Of a stretch of 64,000 nucleotides of DNA, positions 25,656 through 38,631 are shown in pieces. The notes beneath the pieces were generated by a model. It did no database searches, was not told where the DNA came from, and worked only from the letters and a program-made list of their open reading frames with translations. The position numbers were made by a program, and so were the translations under genes. Each line of letters begins with the position of its first letter. Positions within the stretch are counted from its first letter, which is position 1. The DNA is taken from NCBI GenBank assembly GCA_951406725.2, contig OX597837.1:34658001-34722000 (forward strand), written 5' to 3'. The DNA comes from Octopus vulgaris. Lineage: Eukaryota.

Positions 25656-26220
25656 AACAAACTTGGATATAATGACCCAATGAAAAAGGCTCACTTCCTC
25701 AACTCCTTAATACCAAAGAGCTCAGATATAAGCCCAAGTTCCTACAGGTCTTTGGGGGCTGGAAGTAAAGTATAATCGTTTGCTCGAGGAAGCTTTGTTT
25801 CTGCTGTGTGAAGGGAGGTAACTCAGCAAGCTAGGACATTTACGGGTTTGGAATTTTTCATTTCCTTTCCTTTCTCTCTTTCATTCTTTCTACTGACTTT
25901 GAAATGGGGTGAGATTAAAAATGAAAGCGGAAAAGAAGTAAGGGACCGAAAGGGAAGGAAGTGAAGGAAAAGAAAAAAACCCATAACTTATAAAAAACTA
26001 AGAATTGTATGGAATATGAGTGTGTGTGTGTGTTCAGACAATGACAAAAAAGTACTCCATGCATAGAATAGAATAACATCAGAATAACGCCTCACACACA
26101 CACATACACGTGCGTGTTTATATACATGCATATATACATACATACATATATGTGTGTGTGTGTATATATATGAATAGATGTGTGTGTGTGTGTATACACA
26201 CGTGGATGTGTGTGTGTGTG

Positions 26221-26252
<32 letters not shown>

Positions 26253-26429
26253 TCCACGTGTGTATACACATACACACACACAACCACGTGTGTATACACA
26301 CACACACACACACACAACCACGTGTGTATACACACACACACACACACATCTATCCATATATATTACACGCACACACACACAAATAAATATATCGACCCTT
26401 TGATCTACTCCACCCACTATTCCTGAGAG

Positions 26430-26775
26430 GTAAAAATCCTCAGGTACTTCTCCCATAAGGCCCTTTCAGAAGTAGCCATCACTTTTTGGCTGGATTCCCA
26501 AAAATAATCAACTGAGCCAGTGGATATTAATCCAGCCGTCTCATCCTTAGTCTATCCCTAGGTCTCCAGCCTGTTGGATTAGCTTGAAGAATTCATCTTG
26601 TAATTCTTTCCTGCAATATTATAATCACATGTCCTTAGTACTGAAGCTGTGACCCCTGAGCCGAAGAGGCTCTCTGATTTCCAAGCTATGCACCCTGTTG
26701 GATAATGTTAACCCAGAGGATCTTTGGAAGGACCCTATTCTGGGTGCTTGTATTCACAGTTATAGTCTTTTGGTT
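26430..26775 (-). mobile_element. Decayed RTE (Rex3/Expander-like) ORF C-terminal fragment
   Basis: Minus translation with stops: ECWVITKRL..IQAP..GLTLSNRVHSLEIRE..GHVI..LQANPTGWRPRDRLRMR. Confidence 0.6.
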
Positions 26776-26827
26776 ATCACCCAACATTCATGATCACACG
26801 TGTGTGTGTCTGAATGAATGAATGTGT

Positions 26828-26862
<35 letters not shown>

Positions 26863-26915
26863 GATGCAAGTTATGTGTGTGTGTGTGTAAATACGTTTAC
26901 ATGTGTATGTATGCA

Positions 26916-27601
26916 TGAAAAAATTATATGGTTAATGGACAATATGTCCAATTTATTCAGCATATTTGGCATTAGAATTTTTTCCTTGGCCCTCATTTAT
27001 GAATTGTTTATAAATTTAACCGTTAAAGGTATTTTTTAATATGCTGGCCATTGATAAAGTTTTTTTCGAGAAAATATTTTTTTTTCAAAAAGAATTTTAT
27101 CCTCACATTTGATATAAATTTAAGCGTTCACTTCCGAACTAACTAACTCACTCTGTGAGAGCCTCAGTTCAAATCACACGTGCCTCGAATGGGCTGGAGT
27201 ATTTCTATTTTGGATGTATTTGGGGTACTTAGTTGTGCCCGTGACTTAGTATTTGCTTCTTCCATGGGTATGAGTAAGTATTTCATTATTTCTTTTGCCA
27301 CATGTATCACTGACGAAGAGAGGGCTCTTAGTAGCTAACTCTGAAATCGGTCAGATATGGTAATAATGGAATTTTTTAGAAATTTCTGTCGACCTTTTTT
27401 CGAGTAGCGTGCATATTGTGAAAAAATTATATGGTTAATGGACAATATGTCCAATTTATTCGGCATATTTGGCATTAGAAATTTTTTCCTTTGCCCTCAT
27501 TTATGAATTGTTTATAAATTTAATCGTTACAGGTATTTTTTAATATGCTGGCCATTGATAAAGTTTTTTTCGAAAAGAATTTTATCCTCACATTTGATAT
27601 A
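26916..27601 (+). mobile_element. Partial-tandem (pLTR/retrozyme-like) element in microsatellite
   Basis: Direct repeats 26916-27116 and 27419-27601 (period ~500 bp) around a hammerhead-bearing middle. Confidence 0.7.
27301..27358 (+). ncRNA. Minimal hammerhead-like motif
   Basis: GTATCA-CTGACGA-AGAG..CTCT-GAAA-TCGG-TC-AGATAT. Confidence 0.55.
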
Positions 27602-28143
27602 TATATATACATACATACACACACACACACTCACATCTATGAACATATTTTTATATACGTGTATGCATGTGAGTGCAGCAATTGAAATCAAATGCTCAGT
27701 AACAAACCAATTGCAAAAAAAAAACCCAAACTAAACTCCATTTTCTTTGATCAGGCAATTTCAGGCATATTGTACAGAGCTATATCACCATCAACGGTTT
27801 TACTCCACTTTTCTACACCTGTGTGGGTCAGACAGAGTTTGATGAGGCAAATTTTCTAGATATGGATCGGCATCAAGTCGCCATTTCTCACCTGTTAGAG
27901 GAGTAAGGTAAATACTTCCTCAGAACCAGGCATGCTTTGATGAAAAACTGGAAGGGAAGGACACAGTTTGCATGGCAGTGACATTACATGATGTCAAGGC
28001 AGGGAGAAAAGAGACAATCACACACATACATATATACACGTACACACACATATATATATATATACATATATATACAACAGGCTTCTTTTCAGTTTCTGTC
28101 TATCAAAACTCACAAGGTTTTGCTTTATGTATATATATCATAT

Positions 28144-28179
<36 letters not shown>

Positions 28180-28208
28180 CAGATGCACAGATAGATAGAT
28201 AGAGGGAT

Positions 28209-28248
<40 letters not shown>

Positions 28249-28255
28249 GTGTGTA

Positions 28256-28845
<590 letters not shown>

Positions 28846-29555
28846 ACCTGCACAAACACACACACATATGTATTTCTGTATGTGTATAGCTTCCCCTGAT
28901 GTATTTCAGCGAAGTACTTTTCAAAAACCGCTGTGTTTCAAACAGAGTACATTGAGATATATGTTCTTTACTGAGTAACAAATACTCCCTTGTCACTGCT
29001 GCCGCCATAAATGCAATGAATGGCCCATTGGAACATTTCAACCAATAACACTCCTGTTCACAAACCACAATATAAAAATTCATATATATAAATATAATAA
29101 ATCTAATTATATAGTTGTTGTTGGTGGTGGTGGTGGTGGTGGTGGTGGTGACTAGAATCTTGTAATGAGTTTCAAGATATTTCATAGAATATTACATTCC
29201 TGCCATGTGCTAAAATGTAATATTAAACCAGAACAATTATTTGGTGCCTGCTTGAATAACTTCTTGTGTAGACAGGCCAAAAGGTTAACTGAAACAATCA
29301 CTTCCACTGTCACCAAAACCCCCACCGTGGTCACCGTGGTCACCGCCATTACCATCACGTCCATCCGACAAGCCACCATGGCTATCACTGCAGACAAATA
29401 ATATTCTCAGTGTGGCACATGTAATTGCATATTCATAATTGAATTGATTTAATTAAAGGAACAAGACCACATTGTCTGTGGTTTAAACGAGGCTAAAAGA
29501 TTGCAATTATTATCTGTTCCAGGGCCATCTTTCTTTTTCTCACTCTCTCTGAATC

Positions 29556-29764
<209 letters not shown>

Positions 29765-29869
29765 ATCTACATAGACCCACCCACACAAACACACATGCAT
29801 GCACACACAAATATATACATGTGATGTGTGATGGCTATCTGCTCAATACAAAGCTTGACCACTTCAGTG

Positions 29870-30060
29870 CACAAGACACTCAGCTTTGGCATGAGACCTT
29901 ATGTGGCTTCCTAGACCACACATACTTTTAATAAGACATCCACATAAATTGCGCACTTGTTTTGGTGCAGTTTGAACTGGCTGTGGTGTCTGATGTCCAT
30001 GAACCTTGAAATGTTTCTTTAGATCTCTTTGAGATTTGCAGACCCTGTGATACATGTGGC
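29870..30060 (-). mobile_element. Probable RTE-type LINE 3' end (decayed zinc-finger pair)
   Basis: [36 protein letters not shown]. Confidence 0.45.
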
Positions 30061-30138
30061 ATTGAGAAGGGTGAATTGATAGGTATGTACTATAATCAGT
30101 AAGAAGTGCCCTATTGTGTGTTTGTATGTGTGGTTTAA

Positions 30139-30359
30139 CCCTTTAGTGTTCAAATTAATATGTCAAAAGTAATCCTTTATCATTTACATTTAAAAAAAAT
30201 TAATCTGGTATTATCTTGTAACTTCAAGATTTGAAAAATGTAATTGTTTATTTTTAGAATGACATTGCAGGGTAGGTGTAAGATGCTGGTTCTGGCCAGT
30301 TTGAGCTTAAAATGAGCAGAATATTCAGGCTGGATACAGCTGGTTTAAACACTAAAGGG
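30139..30359. mobile_element. piggyBac-type MITE 1
   Basis: TTAA|CCCTTTAGTGTTCAAA..TTTAAACACTAAAGGG|TTAA. Confidence 0.85.
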
Positions 30360-30363
30360 TTAA

Positions 30364-30584
30364 CCCTTTCATTACTGTATTTATTTTGAGATGCTCTGAG
30401 TTTCTTTTAATTACTTTGGATATAACAAAGAATTTAGTAAAATAACTTAGTTATCATTCAGCTAGTGTTAGGAACATAAATTGTGACTAAGGTTTGGTGG
30501 AAGATTTTAATTCAAAACTTAGGAAAACAAGACATTTGTACTACAAAGCCAGTGCCGGTTTCAGCCGGGTTGGTAACAAAAGGG
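30364..30584. mobile_element. piggyBac-type MITE 2
   Basis: TTAA|CCCTTTCATTAC..GTAACAAAAGGG|TTAA; inverted copy at 46355-46574. Confidence 0.88.
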
Positions 30585-30947
30585 TTAAGTCCAACCCCAA
30601 ACAGGAAAATTTCACCACAACATGTACAAGAAGTAAAATTTCCAACAAGTCTATATTCATATAGTTGTCTAAAAGTCTATGTTAGGAAAAAAAAAAACAG
30701 CCACTCATATATTTGCCAATAAAGTGAGCATATTAATAATGCTTGTAATATCTAATATTTATGTAAATGAGTGTGTTACTGTTTGCTTTTTATAAAGTTA
30801 TATATAAAAGCAATTTAGTCTTAGCATCACACGCTGAAGAAATTACTCTATGCTTTTTAGTAAAGTACAGATTTATTAAATTGAAGACAAGCAAGCCAAA
30901 CTTTGAAGTCACTGTCAGACGTTTCTTTGTGAAATTTAATACACATA

Positions 30948-31364
30948 GGCGCAGGAGTGGCTGTGTGGCAAGTAGCTTGCTAACCAGCCACATGGTTCCG
31001 GGTTCAGTCCCACTGCATGGCACCATAGGCAAATGTCTTCTGCTATAGCCCCGGGCCGACCAATGCCTTGTGAGTAGATTTGGTAGACGGAAACTGAAAG
31101 AAGCCTGTCGTATATTTGTATATATATATATGCATGTGTGTGTATGTGTTTGTGTGTATGTGTTTGTCTCCCTAGCATTGCTTGACAACCGATGCTGGTG
31201 TGTTTACGTCCCCTTCACTTAGCGGTTCGGCAAAAGAGACCGATAGAATAAGTACTGGGCTTACAAAGAATAAGTCCTGGGGTCGATTTGCTCGACTAAA
31301 GGCGGTGCTCCAGCATGGCCGCAGTCAAATGACTGAAACAAGTAAAAGAGAGAAAGAGAGAGTA
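30948..31364 (+). mobile_element. SINE family A, full length
   Basis: Matches 13548-13972. Confidence 0.92.
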
Positions 31365-31689
31365 TCTTTCAAAAATGCAATCACACACACACACACATTA
31401 CCTTCGACCCAAACTTCCCCAAAAATGCCACCTCCTAGACCCCGCAACATGCCACACCCTTTCACTGTTGCTTGGCAATCCCTGCACTGGTCTGGTGAGG
31501 GCATCCTTGCAGTGGTTAAACGTTCCGAGCGAAGAGGCTAGAGTTCAAATAGAGACAAGGTCAACCTGGCCTTTCTCTATCGTTTCAGAATCGATATAAT
31601 AAATAAGAGAGGAAGCAGGTTGGAGAAGTAGTAGTAGGAGGAGGAGGAGGGGCATTTGGTAAGTAGGTCAAATCCCCCCCCCTCATCCT

Positions 31690-32037
31690 TTGCATCTGTG
31701 TGTGTATATGTGTGGATGCATGTCTGTGAGTGGCTGTGGGTATCTGTGTTTGTGTGTGTGTGTGTGTGTGTGTATGTGCATCTGGATGAGTGTTTGTGTC
31801 TATATGTATGCTTGTGTGTGTGTGAGTTTGTGTAAGTGTATGTAGATGCCTATATGTGTGTGTTTGTGTGTGTGTGTGCGTGCATGCACATCTGTGTATT
31901 CCGTGTGTATGCATACATGTGTGTATGTGTGTGTGTTCTTTGTGCATGAGTATATATACGTATACGTGAGTGTATGTCTGTGAATATGCATGTGTGTAGC
32001 TGTTTGAGTGTGTTTGTGTGTCTATGTCTGCATGCGT

Positions 32038-32080
<43 letters not shown>

Positions 32081-33030
32081 CACATCTGTGTATTCCGTGT
32101 GTATGCATACATGTGTGTGTGTGTGTGTGTTCTTTGTGCATGAGTATATACGTATACGTGAGTGTATGTCTGTGTATATGCATGTGTGTAGCTGTGTGTG
32201 TGTGTGTGTATCTGCATCTGGATGAGTGTTTGTGTCTATATGTATGTTTGTGTGTGTGACTTTGTGTAAGTGTATGTAGATGCCTATATGTGTGTGTTTG
32301 TGTGTGTGTGTGTGTGCGTGCACATCTGTGTATTCCGTGTGTATGCATACATGTGTGTGTGTGTTCTTTGTGCATGAGTATATATGTATACGTGAGTGTA
32401 TGTCTGTGTATATGCATGTGTGCAGCTGTTTGAGCGTGTTTGTATGTCTATGTCTGTGTGCGTGCACGTGTGTGTTTGTGTGTGTGTGTCTGTGTGTGTG
32501 CACGTGTGTGTGTGTATGTGCATCTGGACGAGTGTTTGTGTCTATATGTATGTTTGTGTAAGTGTATGTAGATGCCTATATGTGTGTGTTTGTGTGTGTG
32601 TGTGTGTGTGTGCGTGCACATCTGTGTATTCCGTGTGTATGCATACATGTGTGTGTGTGTGTGTGTTCTTTGTGCATGAGTATATATATGTATGCGTGAG
32701 TGTATGTCTGTGTATATGCATGTGTGTAGCTGTTTGAGTGTGTTTGTGTGTCTATGTCTGCATGCGTGCACGTGTGTGTGTGTGTGTGTGTGTGTGTCTA
32801 TGTCTGTGTGCATGCACGTGTGTGTGTGTGTGTGTGTGTGTCTATGTCTGTGTGCGTGCACATGTGTGTGTGTACGTGTGTGTGCGTGTGTCTATGTCTG
32901 CGTGCGTGCACATGTGTGTGTGTACGTGTGTGTGCGTGTGTCTATGTCTGCGTGCGTGCACATGTGTGTGTGTACGTGTGTCTATGTCTGCGTGCGTGCA
33001 CATGTGTGTCTGTACGTGTGTGTGTGTGCG
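31690..33030. repeat. GT-rich cryptic satellite with higher-order blocks
   Basis: Landmarks TATTCCGTGTGTATGCATAC x4 and GCATCTGGA x3. Confidence 0.9.
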
Positions 33031-33451
33031 TCTGTGCCGCTGTTAAACATTTTCGATTGGCCACTCTCGTTAGTCGTCTGTTAGCTCTGCTTGATCGACG
33101 TTGGATGATTGAATATTGTCAGCAGCAATATTAACAACAATTATCGTCATCGGCATCACCATCATCAGTAATCCTCATAAATCTCCCCACCCACCTCTTC
33201 CCTCCCCCCCGTTTCTCATAAATTATCATAATCTCCGGTGTATAATCAGCACCTCGTCATTATCTCCACCACCAGCACCACAAAGAGAGTTATTCCTCAA
33301 CAGTCACCACTCTCACCTATCCCTTGCTTCTCATAAATTATCCTCATTGCCACTTTACAATCCAGCAATATCATTGTCGATTACATAACAACACTAATAA
33401 TAATGATTATTAATAATAATAATAATAATAATAATGATAATAATCTTTTCT

Positions 33452-33815
33452 ACATGGTTCCGGGTTGAGTCCCACTGCGTGGCACCTTGGGCAAGTGTCT
33501 TCTACTATAGCCTCGGGCCGACCAAAGCCTTGTGAGTGGATTTGGTAGACGGAAACTAAAAGAAGCCCGTCGTATATATGTATATATTTATATATATAAG
33601 TGTGTGTGTGTTTGTCCCCCTAGCATTGCTTGACAACTAATGCTGGTGTGTTTATGTCCCCGTTACTTAGCGGTTCGGTAAAAGAGACCGATAGAATAAG
33701 TACTGGGCTTACAAAAGAATAAGTCCCGAGGTCGAGTTGCTCGGCTAAAGGCGGTGCTCCAGCATGGCCGCAGTCAAATGACTGAAACAAGTAAAAGAGT
33801 AAAAATGTAAGAGTA
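33452..33815 (+). mobile_element. SINE family A, 5'-truncated
   Basis: Starts at ACATGGTTCCGGG. Confidence 0.9.
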
Positions 33816-34025
33816 TACAAATTTTAAGAATGAAATATTTTCCAAATGAAAATTTCCTGCAGCTGCTCTTGGCAAATAACAATTCTTTCAAGGCACAAGG
33901 CTAGAAATTTTGGGAGGTGTAGGGAAGTTAGTCAATTACGTAGACCCCAATGCTCAACAGGTAGCTATTGTTTTGATCCCCGAAAGGATGCAAGGTAATG
34001 TAGACCTTGGTGGAATTTGAACCGT

Positions 34026-34230
34026 TATCGTTGTTTAACATCTGTTTTCCCTGCTGGCATGGGTTGGACAGTTTGACTGAGAACTAGCAAGTCGGGTGGC
34101 TGCACCAGGTTCCAGTCTGATTTGGCAAGGTTTCTACAGGTGGATGCCCTTCTAAATGCCAACCACTCTGAAAATGTAGTGGGGGCTTTTTATGTACCAC
34201 TGGGACAAGAGCCAGTCAGGTGGCACTGGC
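34026..34230 (-). mobile_element. Family D
   Basis: Reverse-complement match. Confidence 0.75.
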
Positions 34231-34261
34231 AATAATAATTTTAAAAATGTTGCTAATAATG

Positions 34262-34430
34262 ATGGTTTCAAATTCCGACACAAGGCCAGTAATTTCAGGG
34301 GAGGGGTGAAGTTGATTACATCGACCCCAGTATTTCACTGGTACTTATTTTATTGACCCCAAAATGATGAATGTTAAAGTTGACCTTGGCAGAATTTGAA
34401 CTCAGAACATGAAGATGGATGAAATGCCAC
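34262..34430 (-). mobile_element. SINE family B (alternative tail), decayed
   Basis: B core plus CCCCTCCCC..AAATT..GCCTTGTG tail. Confidence 0.7.
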
Positions 34431-34450
34431 AAATTGTCGCTAATGATAAC

Positions 34451-34911
34451 AGTTTCAAATTTTGCCATAAGGGCAGCAATTTTGGGGGAGGGGATGAGTC
34501 AATTACATCGACCCCAGTGTGTAACTGGTATTTAATTTATATGGGCGGCGAGCTGGCAGAAACGTTAGCACGCCGGGCGAAATGCGTAGCCATATTTCGT
34601 CTGTCGTTACGTTGTGAGTTCAAATTCCGCCGAGGTCGACTTTGCCTTTCATCCTTTCGGGGTCGATAAATTAAGTACCAGTTACGCACTGGAGTCGATG
34701 TAATCGACTTAATACCTATGTCTGTCCTAGTTTGTCCCCTCTGTGTTTAGCCCCTTGTGGGTAATAAAGAAATAGGTATTTAATTTATCAACCCTGAAAG
34801 GATGAAAGGCAAAGTCGACCTCAGCAGAATTTGAACTCAGAATGTAGCGACGGATGAAATAGCTCTCAGTATTTCGTTCAGCATGCTAACGATTCTACCA
34901 GCTCGTTGCCT
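34451..34911 (-). mobile_element. SINE family B host copy split by nested insertion
   Basis: 34451-34540 and 34789-34911 join into one minus-strand element. Confidence 0.85.
34541..34774 (+). mobile_element. SINE family B nested antisense in family B, 14-bp TSD
   Basis: GGTATTTAATTTAT at 34527-34540 and 34775-34788. Confidence 0.92.
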
Positions 34912-35430
34912 TATTACAGCTAATAACAACAACAACAACAACAACAGGAGGCATTGGTTGGGTGGTGGTGGTGGTGGGACTTAACAAGATGGTTTATTAT
35001 TTGCTTGGGGGTGGTTATGTAAAAAGATGAGGAGAAGACAAGGAGAGACGGAGGAGGCGAGATTAAAAAAGAGAGTATACAGCGCAGACAAAAATATGCG
35101 AACACACGGAGGATGGAGTCCTTGTACGAATAATTCTTTCTAATCCTGGCACAAGGCCAGCAATTTTAGAGGAGGGGTAAGTCAATAAGGTAAGTTGACC
35201 TCACTGATTTATGTGTGTGTGTATCTGTGTAAGTGGCGGGGTGTATGCTTGTTTGTGCTTGTAGGTGTCTGTATAAGTATGTCTGTGTGTTTGTGTGCAT
35301 CCGCATAAGCATATATGTATGTAGGTTCCTATGTGTGTGTGTGTGTGTGAGAGTATTTATGTGTTGAACCCGAAAAATTTTTATTTTAATGATGCCAAAA
35401 GGATGAAAAGAAAAGTTGGCCTTGACAGGA

Positions 35431-35630
35431 TCATCATCATCATCATCATCATCGTTTAACGTCTGTTTTCCATGCTGGCATGGGTTGGACGGTTCGACTG
35501 GGGTCTGGGAAGCCAGGAGGCTGTACCAGGCCCCAGTCTGATCTGGCAATGTTCCTACAGCTGGATGCCCTTCCTAACGCCAACCGCTCTGAGAGTGTAG
35601 TGGGTACTTTTTACATGCCACCGGCACAGG
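35431..35630 (-). mobile_element. Family D
   Basis: (CAT)n-CGTTTAACGTC..; reverse-complement match. Confidence 0.85.
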
Positions 35631-35818
35631 GGCCAGAGGAGCAAATATTATTGTTGCTTTTATTATCATCATCATCATCATCATCATTATTATTATCATT
35701 ATTATTATTATTATTGTTATTATTAGCAGCAGCAGCAGTATATTTTTATTGTTGTTGATTTCCTTTTTGATCAATGTAAGCCCAACTTTTTGTGTCAATA
35801 AAAGAAATTATAACTGTA

Positions 35819-35860
<42 letters not shown>

Positions 35861-35862
<2 letters not shown>

Positions 35863-36085
35863 GAATGGCCAGTGTGAAAGGACCAATTTTGATTGTGCAC
35901 TTGTAATTCCACAAGGACCTTACAGTGACCCCTATTGAGAGTTTTAATTTGTTCAATTTTAATTGTTATTTATACTGTTTACATGCTGTAAAACCCGTTG
36001 TATCATCCTGTTTTTGTCTTTTATGTTGTTACATCTCTTTTAATGTTATTTTATGCGAGCCCTTGTGGCTAATAAAAGAATAAAT
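35861..36085 (+). mobile_element. Probable LINE 3'UTR fragment (L1/Tx1-like) in (TTA)n
   Basis: T-rich UTR ending GCCCTTGTGGCTAATAAAAGAATA, flanked by (TTA)n; clade assignment is recall, not tested. Confidence 0.45.
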
Positions 36086-36502
36086 TATTGTTATGATGAT
36101 TTATTATTATTATAATCACCCTCCACCACCACAAACAACAATATCAATAACAACGGTGACATCATCTGTAAGGCTATTCGGTTACAAAACAGCGATCTTG
36201 GAATACCAAGGCATACAACAGCAGAAGTACATGAGCTCTACATGGTCAACCAAGATGCTAGAAATAAGAACCAAATTTCCCTCTGATCACACTCAGATGA
36301 TAAGCTTGAAAAAATATATATGATATGGGATGGTCCCACCTGGAATGCCTTTCATCATAGATCGTAAATTGGACTGACAAGGAGTTACACAATAACAGCA
36401 TCAAAACACAAGACATGAGAGCTATTGTGTGGTTGCTCGACTTGCTAGACATAGCAGTCAAATTTCATAAACAACAGCAACAGCTGCAACTAGCTTGCTG
36501 AC

Positions 36503-36525
36503 CTCGGAAACTTGTAGTCACTCAT
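36503..36525 (-). CDS. Weak candidate first coding exon MSDYKFP(R/S), phase 2
   Basis: Small unique island; ATGAGTGACTACAAGTTTCCGAG|GTCAGC; in-frame stop upstream. Confidence 0.2.
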
Positions 36526-36599
36526 CCGTGACTGGCTTTGATGTTTTGCGGAAAAGACATTCAGCTGTTCCTGTTGTCATCGCGTCATTCCTCATTCTT

Positions 36600-37290
36600 C
36601 TTCCACCACCACCACCACCACCACCATCACACTACCATTACTACTACTACAGCTACTGCTTCGTATGATGATGTTCTTGCTACTGTTGCAACAGGCATGC
36701 TATTCAACCGATCTTACACCATCATCATCATCATCATTAATATCATAAGCACAACTACCACCATCACTATCACCATCACCTAACCACTGACACTCTTCCA
36801 CTACTAAACCACTACAACCATTGGTACCACCACCACCATCACAACAACAACAATCAGTGCAATCACTACCATAACAATCAACATAACCACTACCACCACC
36901 ACCACCACCATCATGACCATCACCACTACCACTGTAAACAACATAATCACCACTACCACAATCGCAGACACCACAACAACAATCAACATAACAGCATTAC
37001 TAGAAACACTACCACAACCACCACCACTACCACCACTTTAACAACAACAATCAACATAACAGCATTACTAGAACCGCTACCATGACCACCACCATAACAA
37101 CAACAATCAACATCACCACGGCAACAATCAACATAACCACCACCACTACCAATCAACATACCAGCACTAGCAGCAGCACCACCACCACCACCACTACCAC
37201 CGCCGCCACCACCACCACCACCACCACAACCATCACCACCACCACCACCACCACCACTACCATCATCAACACCACCACCACCACCAATAT
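36600..37290. repeat. (CAC/CAA/CAT)n low-complexity tract
   Basis: Directly visible. Confidence 0.9.
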
Positions 37291-37733
37291 CTGCACCACT
37301 TATACTACCTCCCTACCCACCCCCTATCTACCCTACATACATAACTAATAATACACTGCAGCCCAAACCACCCGACTCGGCTCTCTTCTTGCCACTCCTC
37401 CTCCTCCTCCTCCTCCATCGTGCATGCATTACTACGCATCATTTATTGCGGTGATTGGGAGGAAAGAAAGCACAGAATATATGAAAACTGCTGCTGCTGC
37501 TGCTGCTGCTGCTGCACCGACACCAGCAACAACAGCAGCAACTAGTGGCCGACACACACACGCACGTACACCCTACCCCATCCTATACTATTTTCCTAAC
37601 AGTGTCAGTGTCAAGATGTATTGATTGTAACATTGCAAACAGAACACAATATCACTCGATAGTTAGAGAGAGACAGACAGACAGACATAGCAAGAGAGAG
37701 AGAGAGAGACAGAGAGAGAGAGGGTGAGAGAGA

Positions 37734-37787
<54 letters not shown>

Positions 37788-37809
37788 CAAAGTAGTGTAT
37801 ATGCAGAAG

Positions 37810-37843
<34 letters not shown>

Positions 37844-37859
37844 GCAAATACATCTTGCA

Positions 37860-38354
37860 TCTTTTATTTGTTTCAGTCATTGGACTGTGGCCATGCTGGG
37901 GCACCACTTTGAAGGGTTTTAGTTGAATGAATTACCCCTCCCCACCAGAATTAAAAAAAAAAAAGTTTGGTACGTATTCTATTGGTCTCTTTTGTTGAAC
38001 TGCTAAGTTATGGGCCATAAACAAACCAACACTTATTGCCAAGTGGTGGTGGTGGGGGATAAACAGAAAGACACACATAGATACACACACACACATGCAT
38101 AGATACACACACACACACACAGATACATACACACACACACACACATATATACATGCACACATAGATTCACACACACATGATCATATATTTACACAATAGG
38201 CTTCTTTTAGTTTCCATCTACTAAATCCACTCACAAGGTTTTGGTTGGCCCAGGGCTATAGAAGACACTCGCCCAAGGTGCCACACAGGGGGACAGAACC
38301 CAAAACCATGTGGTTGGGAAGCAAACTTCTTACCAAACAGCCACGCCTGCACCT
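37860..38354 (-). mobile_element. SINE family A
   Basis: Reverse-complement full-length match. Confidence 0.85.
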
Positions 38355-38631
38355 ATGTATTCTGCCTCAAAGAAGTCTTGTCTGTTCTATGCAGACACGA
38401 AAATATAGACTGGGAAAATGATTATAGTAAATGATGACACTGATGCACATGCACTCATGTGCACATGCACACACACACTAGAGTGTTGCACTACAGGTTC
38501 AAGTCCTTGCTGCACTTTGGTGGATTTTTTGCATCAATAACCCTGAGAACTACGCCAGCAGAGCCCGAGCTTTTGGTAAGACATACCCGGCTGGGCAGGT
38601 CAAAGGATGGAGGCCAGATTAATGTTGACCA

